NCBI RefSeq assembly: GCF_004010195.1
Contig: NW_025214637.1
Span: 1-47,825, forward strand
Direction of reading: 5' to 3'
Origin: Chiloscyllium plagiosum
Lineage: Eukaryota
DNA length: 47,825 nt
The notes beneath the pieces are model-generated. The model did no database searches. It worked only from the letters and a program-made list of their open reading frames with translations, and had not been told where the DNA came from. Positions 32,946 through 43,747 of the stretch are shown one piece after another. Both the position numbers and the translations under genes were made by a program. Every line of letters starts with the position of its first letter. Positions within the stretch are counted from its first letter, which is position 1.

Positions 32946-34996
32946 CTTAAAAACGTGTTGTTGGAAAAGCACAGCAGGCCAGGCAGCATCAAAGGAGAAG
33001 GCGAATCGACGTTTCGGGCATAAGCTCTTCTTAAGGAATGAGGAGGGTGTGCCAAGCAGGCTAAGATAAAAGGTAGGGAGGAGGGACTTGGGGGAGGGGC
33101 GTTGGGAATGCGATAGGTGGAAGGAGGTTAAGGTGAGGGTGATAGGCCAGAGAGGGGGTGGGGGTGGAAAGGTCGGGATGAAGATTGCAGGTCAAGAAGG
33201 CGGTGCTGAGTCTGAGGGTTGGGACTAAGAAAAGTGGGGGGAGGGGAAATGAGGAAGCTGGAGAAATCTGCATTTACCCCTTGTTGTTGGAGGGTTCCTA
33301 GGCGGAAGATGAGTCGCTCTTCCTCCAGGCGTCATGTTGCCATGGTCTGGCGATGGAGGAGGCCAAGGACCTGTATGACCTTGGCGGAGTGGGAGGGGCA
33401 GTTAAAGTGTTCAGCCACGGGGCGGTTGAGTTGGTTGGTGCGGGTGTCCCAGAGGTGTTCTCTGAAAAGTTCTGCAAGTAGGTGGCCTGTCTCCCCAATG
33501 TATAGGAGGCTACATCGGGTTCAGCAGATGCAGTAAATGATGTGTGTGGAGGTTCAGGTGAATTTATTATGGATATTGAAGGATCCCTTGGGGCCTTGGA
33601 GGGAAATGAGCGGGAGGTGTGGGCGCAAGTTTTGCATTTTTTGCGGTTGCAGGGGAAGGTGCCGGGAGTGGAGGTTGGGTTGGTGGAGGGTGTGGATCTG
33701 ACAAGGGAGTCGCGGAGGGAGTGGTCTTTCTGGAACACTGATAGGCGTGGGGAGGGAAATATATCCTTGGTGGTGGGGTCCATTTGGATGTGGCGGAAAT
33801 GATGAAGGATGATCCGATGCATCTGGAGGTTGGTGGGGTGGTAGGTGAGGACTAGTGGGGTTCTGTCTTGGTGGCGATTGGAGGAGCGGGGTTCAAGGGC
33901 GGAGAAGCGGGAAGTGGAGAAGATGTGGTGGAGAGCATCGTCAACCACGGCTGAGGGGAAATTGCCGTCTTTGAAGAAGGAGGCCATCTGGGTTGTTCGG
34001 TATTGGAATTGGTCCTCCTGTGAGTATATGCGGCGAAGGTGAAGGAATTGGGAATATAGGATGGCGTTTTTACAGGGGACAGGGTGGGAAGAAGTGTAAT
34101 CTAGGAAGCTGTGGGAGTCAGTCAGTTTATAGTATACATCCATGTCGAGACAGTCGTCCGAGATAGAGATGGAGAGATCTAGGAAGGGGAGGGAGGAGTA
34201 TGAGACGGTCGAGGTAAATTTGAGGTCGTGGCAGAATGTGTTAGTAAAGTGGATGAACTGTTCAACCTCCTCTTCAGAGCACGAGTTAGCACCGATACAG
34301 TCATCAATGTAAAGGTGGGGTATGGTGACAGTGTAGCTGCGGAAGATAGACTGTTCCACATATCCAACGCAGAGACAGGCACAGCTAGGGGCCATGAGGG
34401 TGCCCAAGACTACTCTTTTGGTTTGGAGGAAGTGGGAGGATTGGAAGGAGAAGTTGTTAAGAGTGAGGACCAGTTCAATTAGTCGAAGGAGACTGTCAGT
34501 GGAAGGGTACTTAGTGGTTCAGCAGGAAAGGAAGATGCGGGGGGCTTTGAGGTCTTCGTGATGGTGGATGGAGGTGTATAGGGACTGGATGGCCATGGTG
34601 AAGATAAGGCGTTGGGGGCTGGGGAAGCGAAAATCATGGAGGAGGTGGAGGGCGTGGGTGGTGTCCCGAATGTCGGCGGGGAGTTCTTGGACTGAGGGGG
34701 ACAGGACCGTGTCAGGGTATGCAGAAATGAGTTCGGTGGGGTAGGAGCAGGCTGAGACAATGGGTCGGTCGGGGCAGTCAGGTTTGTGGATTTTGGGCAG
34801 GAGGAAGAAACGGGCGGTGCGGCGTTGTGTGACTATGAGGTTGGAGGCGGCGGATGGGAGATCCCCTGAGGTGATGAGGTTATGGATGGTCTGGGAGATG
34901 ATGGTTTGGTGGTGGGAGGTGGGGTCATGGTCAAGGGGGCAGTCAAGGAGGAGGTATCCACGAGCTGGCGTTTCGCCTCAGCAATATAAAGATCAG
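32946..34996 (-). mobile_element. Penelope-like retroelement (RT + GIY-YIG), 5'-truncated
   Basis: Perfect 15-bp TSD tgcttcaagtctgag (32931-32945 / 34997-35011); RT and GIY-YIG remnants; pLTR with degenerate hammerhead at ~33004-33040. Confidence 0.93.
33298..34407 (-). pseudogene. Penelope-like RT C-terminal half, linker and frameshifted GIY-YIG endonuclease
   Basis: MGTLMAPSCACLCVG, YIDDCIG, LPFLDL, VYYKLTDSHSFLDYTSSHP, CNRKKCKTCAH; the reading frame shifts before the YIGET motif. Confidence 0.88.
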
Positions 34997-36119
34997 TGCT
35001 TCAAGTCTGAGACGACTCCCTTCAGTCAAGTGTACAAGTCAAGGGCAGTATCTGAAATCTATCCAGCAGTTTGGATGTGGTCAGAGAGCTGTCTGGTCAA
35101 CAACAGTCAGGATAAGGGAATCGCACATTGTCAGCGCCTTCAGTGGATCACGGTCTGCCTTCTGGATCCAGGGGCATCCTATCGTGGAACACAGTCTAGG
35201 AGCTCTTTGTCCAGCTAAGTCTCTTAAGAGAATGGAATCTGATCTATCCGTTGAGCTCCATCCACTAAAAGTCAAGAAGAATGATCAGGGCTGCTGCTGC
35301 AGAAGGGAACATGGGAATTTAATTGTGGGATCGCAGTCAGAAGGCTGGAATGTTCAGGGGAATTACAATGCTGAAAGGGGACAACTCAATACATAAGGTG
35401 GAGATATGACAGAGCATTGAAAGGGTTTATGCGAGGTGAGTGAAAAGAGCTGGAATCCAACGCGGATCTCTTGCTAACCACTGAGTCACTAGGCTGCCAT
35501 TTGTTTGAGAATGCATCAAAAACTGAATCACTTACATTGCACTACTGTTTCATGCTTCAAAGTATGTCCTTGGAATATGTCCTTGCAGTTTGTCTAATCC
35601 CTTACAATATCGACCTTGAGATATTACAGAAAGAGATGGACATACCCAGGGTTGACCAGCCTCTGTCACTGGGTTTGATTAAAGAATTTGGAATCCTTTC
35701 TTACTTATTACTTGCCAGAGTGTATTATAACAAAATTGTAAGTTGCAGAATGTGCAATAAAAAATGCATCTCCTGACATAATGGTTCATTTGGAAACATC
35801 TGAGCACAATCATCGTGCAAATATACTCTGTCTGTGTACACTCTGTCTCAGAAATAATACCCAAAGTAAAATCATTTCCGCATTGCAGAGGGAGAGGGTT
35901 GTTGGTTTTAATTAGCTTCCTGGCTTCCATGGAGAGACATTATACTAGAGACTTGGAGTGTTTTCTTCATATGCTTGGAGTTGGAGAGTGATAGAGTGAT
36001 AGACAGGTTAAGTGGGGACTTGGGGAAAATGCAAAGTCTACGGTGTCACCCGAAGGGTGTTTAACTAAAGCAAAACGACGGAGTCTGAGACTCACTGCAT
36101 ATACTCCGAGCTTATCAGC

Positions 36120-36385
36120 CCTGACCAAGATATCTTAACCACAGCTCTACTCTTGTATTGGTCGAGACTTTCAAATCAACTTGTTCAAGATTGTTAATAT
36201 CACACCACTGAAACAATTGGGAGTTGTAACCACACCTCCTGGTTCAGAATTATGGTCTCTACCACTGTGCTACAAGGACCCTCTTTGAATTATATGTTAA
36301 CTCAGTTGACTGAACAGTTGCATATGTGATGCCAACAGTGCAGGTCCAACTCCTGCACCAGCTGAGGTTACCATGTCTTCTCCGT
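36120..36385. mobile_element. Two old tRNA-derived SINE fragments, head to head
   Basis: Minus: tgtagcacagtggtag…ggttacaactccc (36120-36281). Plus: ttaactcagttg…ggtccaactcctgcaccagctgaggttaccatg (36297-36385). Confidence 0.45.
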
Positions 36386-36439
36386 CTAACATTTTTTTTT
36401 AATTCAAAAATATATTTTATGCATTAAGAAAATTATGTG

Positions 36440-36960
36440 CAATTTTGGTCACCCTGTTAAAGGAAAGACATAATTAAACAGGAAAGAGTGCAAAGAAGAT
36501 TTCTGAGGGTGTTGGCAGGCCTAGCAGGCCTGAATTATAAGGAGTGGTTGGCGAGGATAGGACTTCTATACTTGGAATGTAAAGAAATGAGGGATGATCT
36601 TACTGAGGTCTATAAAGTCATGAGGGGCATAGATAGAATAAATTCATGTAGTCTTTTTCCCAGGGATGGGAGTTCAAAACTAGAGGGCAGAGGTTTCAGG
36701 TGAGAGGGGAAAGATTTAAGAAGGTCCTGAGGGGGCAACCTCTTCATGCAGAGAGTGATGGAATGGGCTGCCGGAGAAAGTGGTTGAATAGGCAGGTACA
36801 ATAGCAACATTTAAAAAGTATTTGGATACGTACATGGATGGGAAAGCCTAGATGGTTATGGACCAAATGTGGGCAATTGGAACTAGCTGAGTGGGCACCA
36901 TACTCAGCATTGATCAGTTTGTGCTGAAGGGAATGTTTCCGTGCTGTTTTACTATATGAT
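36440..36960 (+). mobile_element. CR1-clade LINE 3' fragment
   Basis: VQRRFLRVLAGLAGLNYKEWLARIGL…DLTEVYKVMRGIDR; tail gggaatgtttccgtgctg…tatgatttta. Confidence 0.9.
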
Positions 36961-37049
36961 TTTAATATTATATATATGCATAGTCGCAAACACAGTTTAG
37001 TTGTGTACATTAACGTTTCAAGAAAACAAACATTGCAGTTTGGCTATCT

Positions 37050-37625
37050 CACAAACAAAGCAAAGGCATATCTTTCTTGTGTAAGATTATACTTCCATAT
37101 AATTGAGATACCGGGAAAGTCCGATAACTCGACAGACCCACGTTTAACTTTGGCAGGAAGAACTCAGGCAGTGCTCTTTCCCCATTGTGCCTTGGTGGCA
37201 GCTGCCCCAAGCTTTAATGTGCCCCTCAACGCATATTCCTGGACTTTAGAATGTGCCAGTCTGCAACTCCTTGTTCTGGAAGACAAAAAGGTTTTGGGCA
37301 GACCAAACAATATCTTTCACTGAGTTGATGGTTCTCCAGGCGCAATCTACGTTTTTCTTGGTGTGCATCCCATGGAACAGACTGAAGAGCACTGTGCCCT
37401 GTGTCATGGAGCAGTTCGGGATGAATGTCGACAAAAACCACTGCATCTTTCTCCAGACTTCCTGTACAAAGACACATTTCAGAAGGAGATGTGTGACATT
37501 CTCTACCCCTCCACAGCTGCTTCAAGGGCAGTGTGCAGTGGCGGAGGCTGACCAGGCATACAAAAAGGATCTCGTAGGTAGTGCTCTTCTCACCACCAGC
37601 CAAGCAATGGCTTTGTGCTTGTTGG
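37050..37625 (-). mobile_element. Tx1/L1-like LINE ORF2 C-terminal fragment
   Basis: AWLVVRRALPTRSFLYAWSASATAHCP…(C)GGVENVTHLLLKC (zf-RVT CCHC) and AWRTINSVKDIVWSAQNLFVFQNKE. Confidence 0.78.
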
Positions 37626-37629
37626 AAAG

Positions 37630-38015
37630 TTCTGTGTGAGTTTGTGTGTGATTATGTGAGTTTCTGTGCATGTCTATGTGTATACATCTGGAACTGTTTG
37701 TGTGCGAGTCTGTGTGTGGGCATTTATTTGTGTCTGTCCACGTGGTTGTGTGTGCATCTATGTGTATGAGTCCACGGTGATTATGCGTGTCTGCATGTGT
37801 TACTATATGTGTGTGTGACTTTGTGTGTATCTGTACATGTGAGTGTGTATGTATGTCAGTATGTGCAGTCATGTGTGTGCGTGTCGATCTGCATGTTTGT
37901 GCATGTGAGTGTGTTTGTGTATTTAACTGAGTATGTATGTGTGAGCTTATGTATGTTAGTGTTTGATTCAAAAGTGAAATGTCCCTTCACTGCACATCAC
38001 AGATTGTGTGTGTGT
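37630..38015 (+). repeat. Degenerate (TG)n/(TGTA)n low-complexity tract
   Basis: Alternating purine-pyrimidine sequence over ~380 bp. Confidence 0.9.
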
Positions 38016-38534
38016 TGTGGTTCTGCAATTATTGACTGCAGGACAGACTGTGCGATCATGTAAGGAACTTCATATCAGGCAATTCAAAGTGCTGCAGAAA
38101 ATCAATGGAGGATGAGAACTGACCTGTTCTTAATTCTTACATTATTGGTGATGGCACAGCCAGGCATTGCTGACGATGTTGTGAAATAACATCTTTCCTT
38201 TGAACATGAATCCATCTCTCCTGAAACAGACTTCACACGCATTTAGAAGCTAGCCATTCCCCCGAAGACAAAATTCCATTCTGTTAGCTTTAGCTGACAA
38301 GAGCCTAAAATCAATCAGTTAATATGTACAATAACAGCTCGTGGGATGATAAGCCAAGATTTATTGTCCATCTCTTATTGCCCAGAGAGCATTTCAAAAT
38401 GAATCTGGAGTCACATGTAAATCAGACCAGGTAATGACAGACGATTTCCTTCACTGAAGGACATTAATGAAGTAGCTATTCCCTCACTTTACCACCATCA
38501 CCAGTCACCCGGATAATCAAAAGCATTTATTGTA

Positions 38535-39856
38535 GTTCTGTTCGCCGAGCTGGGAATTTGTGTTGCAGACGTTTCGTTCCCTGTCTAGGTGACATCCTTA
38601 GTGCTTGGGGCCTCCTGTGAAGCGCTTCTGTGATGTTTCCTCCGGCATTTATAGTGATTTATACCTGTAGCTTCTGGTTGTCAGTTCCAGTTGTCCGCTG
38701 CAGTGGACGGTATATTGGGTCTAGGTCGATGTGTTTATTGATTGAATCTGTGGATGAGTGCCATGCCTCTAGAAATTCCCTGGCTATTCTCTGTCTGGCT
38801 TGTCCTATAACAGTACTATTGTCCCAGTCGAACTCATGTTGCTTGTCATCTGAGTGTGTGGCTACTAAGGATATCTGGTCATGTAGTTTCGTGGCTAGTT
38901 GGTGTTCATGGATGTGGACCGTTAGCTGTCTTCCTGCTTGTCCTATGTAGTGTTTTGTGTAGTCCATGCATGGGATTTTGCACACTACATTGATTTTGTT
39001 CATGCTGGGAATCGGATCCTTCATCCTGGTGAGTTGTTGTCTTTGAGTGGCTGTTGGTTTGTGTGCTGTTATGAGTCCAAGTGGTCGCAGTAGTCTGGCT
39101 GTCAGTTTAGATTAGATTAGATTACATTACATTACAGTATGGAAACAGGCCCTTCGGCCCAACAAGTCCACACCGACCCGCCGAAGCGCAACCCACCCAT
39201 ACCCCTACACCTAACACTACGGGCAATTTAGCGTGGCCAATTCACCTGACCTGCACATCTTTGGACTGTGGGAGGAAACCGGAGCATCCGGAGGAAACCC
39301 ACGCAGACACGGGGAGAACGTGCAAACTCCACACAGTCAGTCGCCTGAGGTGGGAATTGAACCCGGGTCTCTGGCAGTGTGAGGCAGCAGTGCTAACCAC
39401 TGTGCCACCGTGCCGCCCACTAGTTCAGAAATGTTTTTGATGTATGGTAGTGTGGTTAGTCCTTTGGGTTGTGGCATGTCCTCATTCTGTTGTCTTTCCC
39501 TTAGGCATCTGTTGATGAAATTGCGGGCTATCCGTTTTTAGTGAATACATTGTATAGGTGTTCTTCCTCTTTTTGCAGTTCTGGTGTACTGCAGTGTGTT
39601 GTGGCCCATTTGAACAGTGTCTTGAAGCAACTTCTTTTGTGTGCGTTGGGGTGGTTGCTTTCGTAGTTTAGGACTTGGTCTGTGTGTGTGGCACACACAG
39701 AAATAGAGAACACACACAGGATCATTAAGGCCACACTCATAGTATTCGGATTTAGTAGTGAGGAAGAAAAGGACAACCAACTCCCATTCCTGGACGTGAT
39801 GGTACAGAGAACACCGAACGGAGAATTCACCACAAAGGTATACAGGAAAGCCACAC
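38535..39856 (-). mobile_element. Penelope-like element (second family; GIY-YIG + RT C-terminus) with 5' inversion
   Basis: VVCKIPCMDYTKHYIGQAGRQL…REFLEAW (GIY-YIG); HTDQVLNYESNHP…; plus-strand segment 39693-39856 LPFLDVMV…TKVYRKAT; pLTR with degenerate hammerhead at 38566-38603. Confidence 0.9.
39107..39418 (-). mobile_element. HE1-type (V-)SINE, full length, inside Penelope-like element
   Basis: (agatt)n(acatt)n tail; A and B boxes; PLE sequence resumes at agttcagaaatg. Confidence 0.95.
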
Positions 39857-40059
39857 CGTGGGCTGACCATGCCAGCCATGGCCTTACCGCAGGCGTCAAT
39901 GGTCAGGCGTTTAGTTCGGTGCCTGAAGGGGGATGGGTTCGTGGTCGGAGTTGGAACATTCGAGCCTAAGGCAGCCATTCCCACCTGCATAAGTACGACT
40001 TGAACCTTTCATTTTGAGTCTCGAAATTGTGTGCTGCTGGACAGTCTCAGGGGGCTCAG

Positions 40060-40382
40060 ACAACGGTGACCAACCCGAGACTGGATGGCCTAGTAAACAG
40101 CGGTGACCAGCCCTGTACTGGATGGCTTGGGAAACAGGTGACCAACCCTAGACTGGGTGGCCCAGGCAACAGCAGTGACCAACCCGAGACTGGATGTCCC
40201 AGGCAACAGCAGTAACCAACTCTAGACTGGATGGCGCAGGAAACAGCAGTGACCAGCACTAGACTGGATGGCCCGGGAAACAGCAGTGACCAGCCCTAGA
40301 CTGGATGGCCCGGGAAACAGGGGTGACCAACCCTAGACTGGATTGCCCGGGAAACAGCGGTGGCCAACCCTAGACTGGATGG
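40060..40382 (+). repeat. 37-bp minisatellite (~9 copies)
   Basis: Unit gaccaaccctagactggatggcccgggaaacagcagt; anchors at 40261, 40298, 40335 and 40372. Confidence 0.93.
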
Positions 40383-40674
40383 GATTATACAAGAGTTGAG
40401 TTCAAGAACCTTTTTCAAAAATTAGCAGAGGTGCATGAAATGATGATCAGTTCAGAAGAGTAAATCACCAGCCCACGGAGTCTTTTATTGCCAGCTGAGC
40501 ATGGAGAGTCTCACAATCGTCATTATCCAGGACTGTTACTGCCCCAACCATCCTCCCTTCAGGGGAAGCACAGCAAACCCTCCAGCAGATCATTAACTCG
40601 GTTCCATAAAGCAGTCTGTGAAGACACGATGTTCCTATGGAACACATCACTCAAAGCTAACCGATTATTTCTTA

Positions 40675-41189
40675 TCACGGGGTCTCAGTGGCTTGCACTG
40701 CTGTATCACAGCTCCATCTGGGATTAATTCGGGTCTTGCATGACTGCCCGTGTGGAGTTTAGATTAGATTCCCTGCAGCGTAGAAACAAGCCCTTCGGCC
40801 CAACAAGTCCACACTGACCCTCCAAAGAGCAATCCACCCAGACCCATTCCTCTACATTTACCCCTGACTAAAGCACCTAACGCTATGGGCAATTTAGCAT
40901 GGCCAATTCACCACACCTGCACATATTTAGACTGTTAGAGGAACCTGCTGCACATAGAGGAAACCCACGCAGACACGGGGCGAACGTGCAAACGTGCACA
41001 TTTTCCCCATAAGTACGTGGGTTTCTTCGCACTGTCCACAGATGGGAAGGTTAGATGTACTGGCCACGGGAAATGCAGGGTGACAGGGATAGGGCAGAGG
41101 GGTGAGCCTGGGGAGGATGCTCTTTGGAGAGTCGGTAAGGACATGTTGGCCCAATGGCCTGTTTCCACACTGTAGGGATTCTATGATTC
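40675..41189 (+). mobile_element. Older HE1-type SINE interrupted by an antisense SINE
   Basis: Head ggtctcagtggcttgcactgctg…tgtggagttt; resumes gtgcacatttt…ggcctgtttccacactgtagggattctatgattc. Confidence 0.75.
40758..40993 (-). mobile_element. HE1-type SINE, 5'-truncated, nested
   Basis: (agatt)n tail followed by the SINE 3' body in antisense. Confidence 0.85.
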
Positions 41190-41282
41190 CTCCAGTCTCT
41201 TTACATCTTACATCGCCCCGAACCTTGTGTCTTTTTACCTGCTGTCACGTCATGTCCTTCAATATTATTGAAGGTGGAAGCC

Positions 41283-41422
41283 GGTAGATTTTTATTCAGA
41301 TTAGGGGAGAAGTTTAGTCATCTGGGGGAGATGGGAATGTGGATCTGACGTTATAATTGAATGGCGGGTTGACCAGCTTAGAAGGGCCGAATGATCTCCT
41401 CCTGCTAATTGCCTGTATTTCC
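41283..41422 (+). mobile_element. Old CR1 3' fragment
   Basis: attgaatggcggg…gaagggccgaatgatctcctcctgct CR1-type 3' UTR. Confidence 0.6.
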
Positions 41423-41571
41423 ATGGATCCATCAGTGGATAGCAGGGTGTTCCTGAGCATGATGAACGTGATGCATCCGATTTCCTTCCTCCCCATCCAC
41501 TGCTGGGTGTTATGCCCAGATCCATATGATTCTGCTGATGGAATCCTGCCTGTCTGTATGAAGTTGCTGAA

Positions 41572-42537
41572 CTAGAAACACGATGGTTGCCTCTGGACTG
41601 CATTTGGTTGCTTTGCAGTCTTTAAGTTAACAATGTACGTTTGGTTGCTTTGCAGTCTTTAAGTTAACAATGTACGAGATCGGTTGCTGCACTGCATTTC
41701 TGATCTTCTCTCTGAATTTGGATAGAGTCATTGCATAAAATAACGTATTTGTGCTGCAGCTTAAATCCTTGATCATATATCCGGTGTATGGCAAAGTATT
41801 GTTCTGTCCAAGAGTTGTTCCATTAATCTTAACGTATAAGAAGTTGAGACCATACACGAACCACAGAAGTATAAATCTGAAGGAAATGGTGAAGAGGGAA
41901 ATCACAGACTTCCTTCGACTCTCCATCTCTGCATCTTTGTGACTCTCTCCCTTGATCTGGCCCTTCAGTGTCTTCCGGACTCGACTGGCCACTAAGATAT
42001 GCCTGACCGTCAGAGAGTTCATCAACAGAATCAACACGAACGCGATGAATGGGGTTAAAATATTGTCAAACAACTCAAATCCCAGCCATCTGGGATCAGT
42101 GAAGTAGTTTGACTTTATCCAGCAATACCATGGAACATTGTCAATGACCTTCACAGTTCGAAACCGAAAATAGAAGGGAAGGTTTTTTGTAAAGAGTAGA
42201 ACGCCAGTCGTACCTACAGCCACAGCCAAAGCTTTCTCTGTCCAATATTTTCTCTCCAGTTTCAGGCAGCAAATGGCCACAAAACGATCAAAGGAGAAAA
42301 GGACAGTGAACCAGACGGAACAGTCTGTGGCTGCACGAACCAGGACAAAGAGAGCACTGCACACGGGATTGAGGTCCAGGAAACACTTTGGGAATTAATA
42401 CATATTAAGTCGCCTCAGTACGATGTTCGTGACAATGAACAGTAGATCTGCTGTTGCCATGGCCATCAGGCAGCGACGGGTACAGTTAGAAAGACCACAC
42501 TTTCCTTGTGCGAGAACCAGAATCACTGCTATATTGA
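41572..42537 (-). pseudogene. Class A GPCR of the GPR139/GPR142-like family, main coding exon, pseudogenised
   Basis: Acceptor tctcttacag| at 42538 (phase 1), then VNIAVILVLAQGKCGLSNCTRRCLMAMATADLL…; SVWFTVLFSFDRFVAIC, LILLMNSLTVRHILVASRVR, ESRRKS, LSCSTNTLFY…SKFR. In-frame TAA at 42397-42395; a 37-bp duplication alters the C-terminus. Exon 1 not located. Confidence 0.88.
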
Positions 42538-42767
42538 CTGTAAGAGACACAAGGTGAAAATGGAATTGGTGCTAATTGAACAAATATTCTCCACATCTGC
42601 CCAGATAACAATATACGATCTTTGTACATAAATGGGTCGATTGGGATGGTTCAGAGCACTAAACTAAAAAGGACAGCTCCGACTCTGACTCATTTCAAAG
42701 CTGAACACTCCTGGTTTTAACTATGTCGGCTCAGGGAATTGACATGACGTCAAAGTGGCATTATTTG

Positions 42768-42890
42768 GAAGGTGAAAGGCGGGATGTTTCAATGTGAATT
42801 GAGAAAAAGGCGTTTACGCAGAAAGTGGTGGGCGTCAGGAATGCACTGCTTGAGAGCATATTTGAGGCGGGAAACCTCACAAACTCTTCG
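42768..42890 (+). mobile_element. Old CR1 3' fragment
   Basis: aaggtgaaaggcggg…tttacgcagaaagtggtgggcgtcaggaatgcactgc resembles the CR1 ORF2 C-terminus (FTQRVV…WN.LP). Confidence 0.55.
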
Positions 42891-42951
42891 CTTCCTAGCA
42901 TTCGAGGCTCTGAAGCCAGATCGCGGAGGTGAGACAAGTGTATATTTAATG

Positions 42952-43747
42952 ATGAAAACTTTGTTGCTGGAAAAGCGCATCAGGTCAGGCAGAATCAAAG
43001 GAGCAGGAGAATCAACGTTTCGGGCATAAGCCCTTCTTCAGGAATGAGGAGGTTGTGCCAAGCAGGCCAAAATAAAAGGTAAGGAGGAAGGACTTGGGGG
43101 AGGGGCGTTGGGAATGCGATAGGTGCTGAGGGTGGTTAAGGTGAGGGTGATAGGCTGGAGAGGGGATGGGGACAGAGAGATCTGGAAGAAGATTGCAGGT
43201 CAAGAAGGCGGTGCTGAGTTCTGCATGTCCTTGGCGGAGTGGGAGGTGTTGTTAAAGTGTTAACGTTAAAGAGTTAAAATGCAGGTCCTTGGCCTCCTCA
43301 ATCGCCAGACCATGGCAACACGACACCTGGAGAAAGAGCGCCTCATCTTCCGCCTAGGAACCCCCCAACCAGAAGGGATAAATGCAGATTTCTCCAGCTT
43401 CCTCATTTCCCTTTGCCCCATCTTTTCTCACTCCCAGCCCTTGAACTCAGCACCACCTTCTTGACCTGCAATCTTCTTTCCGACCTCTCCGCCCGCACCT
43501 CCTCTCCGGCCTATCACCCTCACCTTAACCTCCTTCCACCTATCGCATTCCCAACACCCCTCCCCCAAGTCCCTCCTCCCTACCTTTTATCTTAGCCTGC
43601 TTGGCACACCCTCCTCATTCCTGAAGAAGGGCTTATGCCCGAATCGTCGATTCTCCTGTTCCTTTGATGATGCTTGACCTGCTGTGCTTTTGCAGCAACA
43701 CATTTTTCAGCTCTGATCTCCAGCATCTGCAGTCCTCACTTTTTCCT
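42952..43747. mobile_element. Fold-back Penelope-like element (inverted 3' ends)
   Basis: Arms ~42955-43220 (minus) and ~43445-43712 (plus) are inverted copies; TSD aagt(g/t)tatattta(a/g)tg at 42936-42951 and 43748-43763. Confidence 0.9.
43010..43045 (-). ncRNA. Minimal type I hammerhead ribozyme motif in Penelope pseudo-LTR
   Basis: Minus strand AUUC-CUGAAGA-A-GGGC(UUAU)GCCC-GAAA-CGUU-GAUU: intact CUGANGA and GAAA core, stem II, palindromic ACGU replacing stem III, UH triplet. Activity untested. Confidence 0.6.

Noticed and set aside
35012..35460. Possible Harbinger-like transposase or host exon in unique sequence (also 32100-32900)
   Set aside because: No convincing DDE motifs, terminal inverted repeats or splice-bounded frame could be identified by eye.
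37522..38063. His/Thr-rich and Cys/Val-rich ORFs
   Set aside because: Products of the degenerate (TG)n tract.
41627..42364. Intact 245-aa GPCR CDS as given in the ORF track
   Set aside because: It begins at a GTG downstream of an in-frame stop and lacks TM1-2; it is part of the larger pseudogenised exon.
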